Positions 13,390 to 24,138 of a stretch of DNA of 35,714 bases are shown piece after piece; the first letter of the stretch is position 1, and each line of letters starts with the position of its first letter. The DNA comes from Nemertoderma westbladi (Eukaryota; Animalia; Xenacoelomorpha): the NCBI GenBank assembly GCA_032718475.1, contig JAUCBJ010006465.1, positions 1 through 35,714 on the forward strand, in the 5' to 3' direction. The notes beneath the pieces were generated by a model. That model searched no databases and was not told the origin of the DNA. It saw nothing but the letters and a program-made list of their open reading frames with translations. The translations under genes and the position numbers were made by a program.

Positions 13390-15604
13390 CAGTCCTTCTT
13401 TCGTGAACGGCGTTTACAAAGTTTTTTGAGACCAGTAAGAGTCTTTTTCTCTTTGGGGTGAGCCACTTTAAGGAGGGCCACAACTCCTGCGGGAAGGGTG
13501 CAATACGATTGCATCAGAAGGTTTTGGATTACGGTCGGTGTATCCGCCGGCCGAGGTACCCGGTTGATCTATATCAACATCGGTGGAACAAGGTCAAACA
13601 ACCTTTAGAGCTTGTTTCAGGATGGCAGCTCTTACCGGTCCTTGTTGGGTCGTTTGTACGACAGCATTAGGTTTACCGTGTGTAGTGAGAAATTTCCACG
13701 GTTTAATTGTTCTCTCTAATTCGCGTTCTCTGGCTTTATATTCATAGGGTCGTCTATGAATTTCTTGTAATTCAGGATGCGAGTTTATGAACAAGTCGCC
13801 ATGGGATTTATCAATGGTAGAAACTTTAAACTGTGTGTAGTATCTTCCTTTTTACCATATAATATTGCGTTAAATTGACATAATAGAGGTGATCTTTGAT
13901 CCCGTAAAATGAGTTTGGTAAAGGTCTAGCGCGTAGATTGACTTTGTGTACCATATGACGGACAAGATCCGCTCGATTGTCCGGAGGTTCAACGAGTATA
14001 CCGTTGACACAAGCGGCCTCGACTGGTGGTCGTTGCAACATAGGAGCGTCAGCAATAAGATCTCTAGATCTTAAGTTGATATGAACCGGTTGGGGTTGTA
14101 CCGTGGCGAAGAGTTTATCTCCGAAATGGGGAACCATCGAGGGATGAATGATGGTTTTGGAATAGAGATCTGTCATAAGGATTTGAACTTCCGGTTGGGC
14201 CAAAGCTGCTTCCCCTCTCTCATCCATCTCGATGTGCTCCTCCTCGAGCTGATTATCCTCCGCTTGTCGTTGGAAGCGCTCGTCCAAGAACTCTTGTAGA
14301 GAGTAGGTTCGTCCAAGTTTGATATCTTCCTCAAGATTCTGGATTTCCCGATCGAACTGAGGTAAAGCCAATTCCCTTACCGCTCGGACCCGTTGTTGCA
14401 ATTTACGTCTGTCCAAACAATCGTAAGTTCCCTTTCCGATCCTTTGCCGAATAGTGTCCAGCACATTTCGTACAACACCTTCCTCCACCTTGGTGACAGG
14501 TTGTATCGGAGTCAAACCGGGACGATTATACGGGTTGAACGGCGATATTAGATGTCCGCGTCCCAATCCGGTTAGCTAGGGAGTCTAGTATCTAAATTAG
14601 TCTAATATCTAGAGAGCCCACAACCGGAGTGACACCGACAATTGTTCGGGTAACACTAGATCTTTGAACAATGAGTACAGTTCAGGAGGATCCGTCATAC
14701 TATTAGGATCAAGAGTCTGAGGTCGCACTAGGGAATGAGGAGGTCTGACCAAGTATTCCGGAACTCTGATCATAGGTTTATTTAAGGATCGTTTGAGTCG
14801 AGTGAGCGTAGGTGATACGTCGAATAAGTTACGCTCAAAACTCCCGTAAGTATAGTGAGTAAAACTGTGTTTAGCGCAACGTCTCCGCGTATGCTTATGT
14901 CTCTCCGTTTGTAGGTTGGGTACAGGGCATTCATCGCAGCAATACCAAAGACGCACGTCTTGTAGGGGAAACGCTGGTGATCCCTCTCCAGTTTCACAAT
15001 ATTCCTCCATCCGCTCGAAGCCATCCGGTACAACAGGTAGCGGTCGATCGGCGGCAAGATACATCATAGTAAAATAGAGTCATTTGAGTTCCATCATAGG
15101 GTTATGATGTATACCTTGAGGACATCGAGTTTCTAGATTTTGTTGACCGGCCACATTGAGATAAGTTTCTCCCAAGAATTCTAAATATTCGTTGAAGTCA
15201 CTGCGTTTATCCGGCTCTTCAACATCTTCTCTTTCGAGTCGGTTTCGAATAGAATTTTCATGTTCAATTCTCAGTTTATCATTCCGACTCCGCTGGGCAT
15301 GATATTTAAATAGAATCATTTCCCTTTAGGTATCTACATCGTCTGTATCGTGTAAATCGACTGGATGACCAGCAGTTAAGAAGTCCATATACACACCATT
15401 ACGATGCGTACAGTGAGCGGCGAATTTTCTATAGTCCAACTCACGCCTGAGCCGCTCATCTGACATTGGCGGCTCGACACAACGGCCATCGTCCTCCGTA
15501 GTATGTTGACTAGCATCGCCGCTTATCAAACTATCAACAAACGCCCGCAGTGGTAGGGTATATCGCTTCCTGACACCAAGATCATCCTCTATCAACTCAG
15601 TCAT
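13390..15604 (-). pseudogene. Degenerate extra ORF (ORF3, ~700+ codons) of unknown function at the env position
   Basis: ORFs 15326-15604, 15080-15319, 14609-15067 and 13826-14566 are all in one frame, separated only by stops. A frameshift in an A-run near 13850 appears to continue into KGRYYTQFKVSTIDKSHGDLFINSHPE, and a further frame ends KKLCKRRSRKKD*. Confidence 0.7.
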
Positions 15605-16411
15605 AGCTGCTATATGAGTTCATCGATATTATAGTTAATAATAATCAGGCTAGCGGTCGTCGCTGCCTCCCCCTCTATGCCCCCGGACAGCGTGAGATCC
15701 TCAGCGCTGATGTACTGTCGTTGCTGTGCCTCTCGCCAACGTAGTAGCTACACAACGACAACAATACCGCGTGAGTCACTCCACTGTCCGTCCCCAAGGG
15801 CTTGGATACACTAGAGGTACTTGCTACAGAGGCAGGGTAACTTTCACAACTGCGACTCGCTACTGTAAACACACTTTAGTAGTAACATTCACCTATAAAT
15901 ATACAAATTTCACATTCCTGCCATAATTTGTACAAATTAGGGCCATTTGTCCGTTAGTCAAATGCTTTCCAGAATGCCACGTTATTATTATGTATCCCTA
16001 GATACTAGCAAGGTGCTATTTATTCCGCATGCTATTCAATGGGGCAAGCTTTCTATTGTTCTTTTAACTCGCTTCTAATTCTAGCGTTGTTGTTACTATG
16101 GTGACATTATGGAAAGCTAGCGGTAGAATTAGGGTAATTCTCATGCATACAGATCTGGGATGCTATTTAATAGTGATTCTTTAATTGTCAATATTCCTCT
16201 TATACATGATTTTATGAATTTTATTGGCTATTGACTGTACACTGGAGATTCTCTCACACTAATATACTTAATAGGGTGAATCTCCGCTCCCATGATCTAT
16301 TAATTAATGGAATTTTGGGAATGTTATAAATTGTATAAAATGACAATTTATTAAATTCATGAGAGGATATGAATTTAAAATTTATTCCCGTGAATTTTAT
16401 TATTTGATATT

Positions 16412-16770
16412 AAAATAGGCACAGTTTTATTCCAGACATGTCTGGGGACTAAGATCCTTAATTCCAGAATTTTGTCTTTTAAGAGTATCGGTAAGTACTA
16501 CGATATCTTAATCGACTAGAATTTTAGAGGATCTAAAGTTTTAACAGATTTGATTTATAAATTTTCTATATTTTGACATTTGTTATAACAAACGTTGTAA
16601 ATATTTATCAAATATTTAATATTTAGGATGGGCACCGATTTATTCCAGAACATGTCTGGGGACGTTAACCACTGCTTCTAGAATTTTGTCTTTCAAGTAT
16701 ATCGGTGGGTGCCGCGATATCTTAATCGACTAGAATTTCAGATGGTCAAAGGGTTCAACAGATTTATTTG
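16412..16770. repeat. Diverged ~145-bp direct duplication (period ~213 bp) with conserved hairpin potential
   Basis: Both copies share TTATTCCAG(A)ACATGTCTGGGGAC, AGAATTTTGTCTTT, TATCGGT and CGATATCTTAATCGACTAGAATTT. Confidence 0.8.
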
Positions 16771-17591
16771 AAGATTTATTAACAGATTTATTTAATAATG
16801 TTATCAATACTAATAATATTTGTTAATATTTTGAGCTTCAATGCTACTGTTAAATGGACATCATTCTATTATATGTATTATTTAAAATACGGTGTGAGAG
16901 CAATATTGCAAGAAGCAATGTCAGTGAGAAGAGGCAAGTCGTTTCCAAGGTCTACCCAGAGCTTGGTTTAGCCAAGACACGAGGATCTGAACTTTGCATT
17001 CCTAATACTCTACTTACCAATAATACTTAAGTATAGTAGGGGCGGTATATTGTACTTTAATAAGTACTGACATTTCATCTTACTGTAGTCACGCATTTAT
17101 AGTATGATACGGACAGTAAGGAAAGAGAAAATGAATTACTTCTCGCCGTTAAACGAAATATATTATACAAAGTAATTAAGTAATAAAATACGAATATATT
17201 GCACTAATCTACTGAATAATCGTTAAAATATTAATTCTACTAAATAAAATTAAAGAAAACGATTATAATAAATAAAAATTACATAATAATACATACACAA
17301 ATATAAATAAAAATATAATATATAATATAATATATATAATATATATATTTATTATTTGTTATGCAGGTTAGATATAGTAGTTCACTTTTTGGTCACTATT
17401 CTCATTTGGGTTCATTCTTATTTTGGTTTCATGTATTTTATTTAGCCTTTAGTGGTATCAGTTGTTGGGTTTCATCTATTTACTACCGGTCTGATTTGTT
17501 TATTTCTCTATTTCAGTATTTGGTTTCATTTCCTGTATTATATTGGTCAATTGGTACTGTGCTGTTTTTAGATAGGGTAGGGACTCACAGT

Positions 17592-17648
17592 ACACTGCTG
17601 ATGATGGAGCTGTGTTTCCCCGGGTACAGTGTTTAAATCCTGAAACCC
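17592..17648 (+). ncRNA. Candidate hammerhead-like ribozyme with permuted strand order, copy 1
   Basis: ACACTG-CTGATGA-TGGA-(13 nt)-GGG-TA-CAGTGT-(TTAAA)-TCC-T-GAAA-CCC. Stem I is 6 bp, stem II 3 bp, stem III 4 bp. Confidence 0.55.
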
Positions 17649-18246
17649 TTTATTTTTATCAAATTTAGTATGTAGACTTACCCCTTTCGGCGGACTAAAT
17701 GTCCTGTATTTTCTAATATATAGGATAGTTATTCGTGCAGTTATTAAAGTGTTTATTTGTACAGGTTTTACTGTACCCATATTGTTTCTTATATATTTCT
17801 TGTGCAGTATGCCTCTTGTAGCCTATTGAAAGCTAGTTGCTTCCGTTACTCTAGTTCTGGGAGTTACTATTGGGTATCATTATTCTATCAGTGTTTGGGG
17901 GGGGGGGGGGGGTGTCTGTATGGTCTTGGGGTTGTTATTTACTGCTGTATTCATACCATTATATAACATATCTATTATTAGACTGTGCAATACAGCCATT
18001 ATGGATTTATTTGTTATGCAGGTTAGATATAGTAGTTCACTATTTGGTCACTATTCTCATTTGGGTTCATTCTTATTTTGGTTTCATGTATTTTATTTAG
18101 CCTTTAGTGGTATCAGTTTTTGGGTTTCATCTATTTACTACCGGTCTGATTTGTTTATTTCTCTATTTCAGTATTTGGTTTCATTTCCTGTATTATATTG
18201 GTCAATTGGTACTGTGCCGTATTTAGATAGGGTAGGGACTCACAGT

Positions 18247-18303
18247 ACACTGCTGATGATGGAGCTGTGTTTCCCCGGGTACAGTGTTTAAATCCTGAAA
18301 CCC
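18247..18303 (+). ncRNA. Candidate hammerhead-like ribozyme, copy 2
   Basis: Identical to 17592-17648. Confidence 0.55.
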
Positions 18304-18970
18304 TTTATTTTTATCAAATTTAGTATGTAGACTTACCCCTTTCGGCGGACTAAATGTCCTGTATTTTCTAATATATAGGATAGTTATTCGTGCAGTTATT
18401 AAAGTGTTTATTTGTAGTTAGGTTTCATTTTTGATAGGAGACTGGATCACATTGTTTCTATATATATATTTCGCCAGTCAGGTTGTACTGTACCCATATT
18501 GTTTTCTTATATATTTCTTGTGCAGTATGCCTCTTGTAGCCTATTGAAAGCTAGTTGCTTCCGTTACTCTAGTTCTGGGAGTTACTATTGGGTATCATTA
18601 TTCTATCAGTGTTTGGGGGGGGGGGGGGGGGGGGGGTGTCTGTATGGTCTTGGGGTTGTTATTTACTGCTGTATTCATACCATTATATAACATATCTATT
18701 ATTAGACTGTGCAATACAGCCATTATGGATTTATTTGTTATGCAGGTTAGATATAGTAGTTCACTATTTGGTCACTATTCTCATTTGGGTTCATTCTTAT
18801 TTTGGTTTCATGTATTTTATTTAGCCTTTAGTGGTATCAGTTTTTGGGTTTCATCTATTTACTACCGGTCTGATTTGTTTATTTCTCTATTTCAGTATTT
18901 GGTTTCATTTCCTGTATTATATTGGTCAATTGGTACTGTGCCGTATTTAGATAGGGTAGGGACTCACAGT

Positions 18971-19027
18971 ACACTGCTGATGATGGAGCTGTGTTTCCCC
19001 GGGTACAGTGTTTAAATCCTGAAACCC
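18971..19027 (+). ncRNA. Candidate hammerhead-like ribozyme, copy 3
   Basis: Identical to 17592-17648. Confidence 0.55.
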
Positions 19028-19692
19028 TTTATTTTTATCAAATTTAGTATGTAGACTTACCCCTTTCGGCGGACTAAATGTCCTGTATTTTCTAATATAT
19101 AGGATAGTTATTCGTGCAGTTATTAAAGTGTTTATTTGTAGTTAGGTTTCATTTTTGATAGGAGACTGGATCACATTGTTTCTATATATATATTTCGCCA
19201 GTCAGGTTGTACTGTACCCATATTGTTTCTTATATATTTCTTGTGCAGTATGCCTCTTGTAGCCTATTGAAAGCTAGTTGCTTCCGTTACTCTAGTTCTG
19301 GGAGTTTCTATTGGGTATCATTATTCTATCAGTGTTTGGGGGGGGGGGGGGGGGGGGGTGTCTGTATGGTCTTGGGGTTGTTATTTACTGCTGTATTCAT
19401 ACCATTATATAACATATCTATTATTAGACTGTGCAATACAGCCATTATGGATTTATTTGTTATGCAGGTTAGATATAGTAGTTCACTATTTGGTCACTAT
19501 TCTCATTTGGGTTCATTCTTATTTTGGTTTCATGTATTTTATTTAGCCTTTAGTGGTATCAGTTTTTGGGTTTCATCTATTTACTACCGGTCTGATTTGT
19601 TTATTTCTCTATTTCAGTATTTGGTTTCATTTCCTGTATTATATTGGTCAATTGGTACTGTGCTGTTTTTAGATAGGGTAGGGACTCACAGT

Positions 19693-19749
19693 ACACTGCT
19701 GATGATGGAGCTGTGTTTCCCCGGGTACAGTGTTTAAATCCTGAAACCC
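19693..19749 (+). ncRNA. Candidate hammerhead-like ribozyme, copy 4
   Basis: Identical to 17592-17648. Confidence 0.55.
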
Positions 19750-20073
19750 TTTATTTTTATCAAATTTAGTATGTAGACTTACCCCTTTCGGCGGACTAAA
19801 TGTCCTGTATTTTCTAATATATAGGATAGTTATTCGTGCAGTTATTAAAGTGTTTATTTGTAGTTAGGTTTCATTTTTGATAGGAGACTGGATCACATTG
19901 TTTCTATATATATATTTCGCCAGTCAGGTTGTACTGTACCCATATTGTTTCTTATAATATATATATATATATATAATATAATATAATATATAATATATAT
20001 AATATATATAATATATATAATATATATAATATATAATATAAATAATGTAGTCACACACCCACTCCAAACGCTG

Positions 20074-22346
20074 TTACGTTGGGGAGTCCCTAGATGTTTG
20101 TTGGATTAGGGAGGTGGTCGTGGGAAGAGTCTCTTGCCTTCCATAGTTACCGGACAACTCTCGGTCTCTTTCCAGTAAACATAAACGACCAACCGGGCGA
20201 TTAACTTGTTGTGTTTTGAACACAATTCCAGGTTTCTTAAAGTTACGTCGCATGACAACGATTTCTACCGATCGCACTAAACCATCATCGGATATATGAG
20301 TCTCGATGATACGACCTGTCTGCCACCTCTTACGGGGAAGATCTGATTCAACGATAAGGACCATGTCTCCGGCGCTGACGTTTTCTTGCTGCGCAAACCA
20401 CTTTGTTCGAAGTTGTAGCGTAGGAAGATAATGTTTTTCGAAATGGTCCGCGAAACGACGGGATAATAACTGCATAAGTTGCCAAGTTTGTCAGCAGTAT
20501 TCGTCTCCGTCTGTTATTTCCGATTGCGGGAGCATGGCTACAGGTTTCTTTAGTAGGAAATGCGCGGGTGTTAGCGCTTCTAGGGAGTCGGGACTAGATG
20601 AGACTGGCATGAGTGGTCTCTCATTGAGATAGGCGGCGATTTCTTCCGTTAACGTCTGCAAAAGTTCGTCGGTGAGATATGCGCGGCACGGCACTATAAA
20701 GTGAAATGCGGTCTTCACGCTTCGTATGAGTCTCTCCCAACTTCCTCCCCCCAAGGGGAGTTGGAGGCGTTGAAGGTCCAGCTAGATGCTGTTACTCTTA
20801 GCTGATTGTCCACCTGTCTTTGGTTCCAATCCTTTACGTAAGCTTTGATCTCGTTATTGGCGCCAATGAAATTTGTTCCCTTGTTAGATCTTATAGTGTT
20901 GCTAGTCCCAAAACGAGCGATTTGTAGGCGTAAGCTCAGTATGAAGCTGTTGGTAGATAGATCATTCACCATATCTAGATGGATCGCTCTACAAGTCATA
21001 CAGACAAAGATGACGCACCATCGCTTGACTATAGTCCTAGCGCAATATACTTCAAAGGGGCCAAATAAATCCACACCAGTATTAGTAAAGGGTGGTTCAA
21101 AAAAGCTTACTCGTTCCCTAGGTAATTCTGCCTCTCGCTGTGTTAAAGGCCTACTAAATGCTTTCCTACAGGGTATACAGTTCCTAAGAACTTGGTTTAG
21201 AGCTCTACGGGGCTTATGGAAATAATAGCGAGTTCGAATTTCGCTAAGAACTCGTTCTCTACCAGCATGATAAAGCTTACTGTGAATATCTACAATCATC
21301 TTGATTTGTATTTCAAGATTTCTAATGAGTATGGGAATTAGTTAATCTCCCTCCGACACGTATTAACCCATCTATCATCGTGCTAGAGAAACGATCCCTT
21401 AAGCGCATCTGTGGATTTCTCAACAACAACAAATACTTATCGGAATCCTCGTAACATTGCAGGAGTCTCAGTATCTGCTTATTGGTATCATCATGTTCTT
21501 GATAACTGATCTTCTCAGTCAGAAACCTATCAGACACTCTATAAGTGGGAAGGTCTTTAGTAGCATGGACCTTTTCAGATACTACTGGAGCGGTATCATT
21601 AGCGATCTTCGTCCTGGAATAGTGATGATGGAAACATCTTTTCAAATACACAACGGCCTTACAAAGCTGATTCCAGGAGCTGTAATGACCTATTGCTCTT
21701 TGTAGGAGAGGAGAGAGTCCTTGCGAGCCATCTGGTGTCCCAGATTTCCAGTCTCTTTCCCTGATTTCTATAACGGATTTAGTTGTATCTCGGGTAACAT
21801 CCGTGGGTGAGTTTAGGTCCACAGCGTTGTCACCGGAGGCGTGTAGCACAGACAGATCTATCACTGGTTTAAATAACTTTTATTTACTCGTCCGGGTTTT
21901 AGGTTTGACTTTCTCCGCTCCCTTGGCTTGTCTAAGCTCCGCCGTGGTAAGATGAGGAGGCCATTCCTCCTCTTCTTTACTCAGGAAGTCGGGTCCACCT
22001 AACCAGTCTGGAGTATCTATCAATTCTTGAGGAGTTGCTCCTCTGGAAGCGATGTCAGCTGGAATAATCGTCCCAGGGCAATGTCTCCATTGATCTATAT
22101 TAGAGCGACTTAGTATAATGGCTAGTCTGTTGGTAACGAAGACGCTGAACTGACAGACTTCATTAGTTATATACTCCAGAATGAGTAAAGCATCAGTCCA
22201 ATATACAGTTTTCTCCAGTGGATAGTCGATCTGTTCTGTTACATTCCGGCCAATGGCTGTAGTGTATAGAGCCGCCTTTAACTCCGCTCTGGGAACTCGC
22301 AGTTTGTTGTTTATTAGGGCTTTAGAGGTGACTAATGAAACCTTAA
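20074..22346 (-). pseudogene. pol: BEL/Pao pol C-terminal part: RNase H second half and integrase (HHCC, core, C-terminal domain)
   Basis: KVSLVTSK...PRAELKAA...YWTD...FVTNRL...WRHCPG..PADIASRG...WLGGPDFL; GLIRVGGRL; H....HAG...C..C; PFTNTGVDLFGP; RAIHLD; WERLIRSVK; LNERPL; LTPAHFL; GLVRSV. Contains stops and frameshifts; the catalytic SD..TNF motif reads SNKGTNF. Confidence 0.95.
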
Positions 22347-23865
22347 CCCTATTAGTACCGGGCTATAAAATGTTGTACAAATACCGGGGGGGGGGGGGTC
22401 ATATTGACCCCCCCCCCCTCTAAAATCTACAAATTTTTACGAAAACGTCTGATTTTTTGTTTGTACGTAGGTATCACTAGTCAGGATCCGACCGAAAAAA
22501 AAAATTTCGAAAAAATGTACTGGGGTGGTTATATTGCAGCACCAAAATTACAAGTAGTGCACAATTTTCAGAAAATTTGAAACTGACATTTTTCGTCTAA
22601 TTGTTTTTCAATACAGGTTTTCTGGGGCGCAAAATACATTGGAAAATATTTAAAAATGATATGATTACCATAAATGGCTGTTTAGTCCTCTCTGCGTAGG
22701 AAAAAAATGAAAAAAACAAGTTACCAGCACTTTTCAGTTAGAACACAAAATTTTTAATTCACTTATGCGATGCTATAAATTCACATTTTCAGGTTTTCTA
22801 GGGCGCTGATTCTAATGGAATACATTTCAAATATGCCAGATCATTGCTACTTGTATTTTTCGACGTAATTTTGAAAATTTTGGTGCTAGGACCAAATTTC
22901 GTACCCATCACCAAAAAGTACAAGTTTACGATGTCCAGTGCTGTTTTTATTGATTCCATCGGATTCAGGACCCTCATAAACCCGTATAACGCAATAAACA
23001 AGATGATACTATCTACTGATCAATTTGCTTATTTTCCAAAATTTGGTGCTGGCACAACAATTTTCACCCACCGGCGAAAAATACAAGTTTGAAAACTCTT
23101 ATGAAATTTTTACTGATTCCATTGAATTCAGAACCCTCACAAACCCGTATAACGCAAGAAACAAGGTGACACAATCAATTTATATATTTGATGGTTTTCA
23201 AAATTTGGTGCTAGCACCACATTTTGCACCCACTTCCGAAAAATACAAGTTTGAGATGCCTAGATCGAAAATTATATATTCCATTCAATTCAGAATAGCC
23301 ATAAACCTCTAAAACGCAAGAAATAAATTGTCACAAACAATTTTATCAATTGAATGGATTTTCAAAATTTTGTGCTAGCACCAAAATTTGCACCCACCAC
23401 CGAAAATACAAGTTTGATACGCTTGGTGCAACTCGTAAAAATTTCATAGAAACCAGAACCCCAAAAAACACCAATTGCGTAAAAAACAAGTTTCACACAA
23501 TCAATTTACAAAAATGACATATTTCAAAATTTGGTGCTGGCACCAAAAATTGGCACCCGCCGAAAAAACAAGTTTGAAATTTCTAAATCAATTTATATGA
23601 AAAGAGATGTTACAATTCATATTTAATGAAATGTAATTTTCAAAAAACGTCTCAAAAAAAGTGCCAAAAGTAGGGTTAAAAAATGGTGCTATAACTCGAA
23701 AACTACCCAATATTTTTGAAAACGGTTTTCACTACTAGGAAGACAATAGATTTTTAGGAAAAGTCATAAAATTTCAGATTCCCAACTGCGTTTGTTTCAG
23801 AATTATAATAAAAAAACCACGGGGGGGGGGTCATATTGACCCCCCCCCCCCCCCCCCCCCCCGGG
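22347..23865 (+). mobile_element. piggyBac-like MITE nested in the BEL RNase H region (longest copy)
   Basis: TTAA (22343-22346) followed by CCCTATTAGTACCGGG. G-run-TCATATTGA-C-run inverted repeats at both ends and internal ~180-bp repeats. Interrupts ...LRVETPDGS / KVSLVTSK. Confidence 0.88.
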
Positions 23866-24110
23866 ATCCATCGGGAGTTTCAACCCTCAGGTAGGCTACT
23901 ATACCTATTCCCATATCGCTAGCGTCTCCAAACACATGGAGTTGATAGGAATACGTGGGGAGAACGTGACCGAAATATGAGCGGGAAATCTTAAAGTTCT
24001 CGATAGATGGTAAAGAATCTTCCCATTTCATCCACTTCTTTAGCAGTTCTCCCTTAAGTGGATCATCCCACAAGTTGTTTTCGAGCCACATTTGTTGTAC
24101 TAAATCAGCC
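23864..24110 (-). pseudogene. pol: BEL/Pao pol: post-RT tether and RNase H first half
   Basis: QQMW...WDDPL...W..W...L...R.Y...LHVFGDAS..GIGIVAYLR. Confidence 0.92.
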
Positions 24111-24138
24111 ATGGTAGGGTCTCTATGTTGTTGGTCCA

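Larger units (their letters stand above)
17352..19956 (+). mobile_element. Tandem array of a ~722-bp non-coding unit (about 3.7 copies), probably a non-autonomous Penelope-like/retrozyme-like element
   Basis: Periods of 655, 724 and 722 bp between near-identical copies. Flanked on both sides by TA-rich microsatellite (~17310-17351 and 19957-20045). One hammerhead-like motif per unit; related to the element at 31864-32480. Confidence 0.65.

Noticed and set aside
17575-17649. Ordinary type III hammerhead using the upstream AGGGTA as cleavage strand
   Set aside because: Stem III would pair (AGGGU/ACCCU), but no stem I can close between that GUA and CUGAUGA. The internal GGGUA-CAGUGU gives a perfect 6-bp stem I instead.
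17361-19737. Hydrophobic 60-176 aa ORFs in the 722-bp units, as possible membrane or env proteins
   Set aside because: They arise from T-rich composition, and their frame and length change with the poly-G run between units. No recognisable motif.
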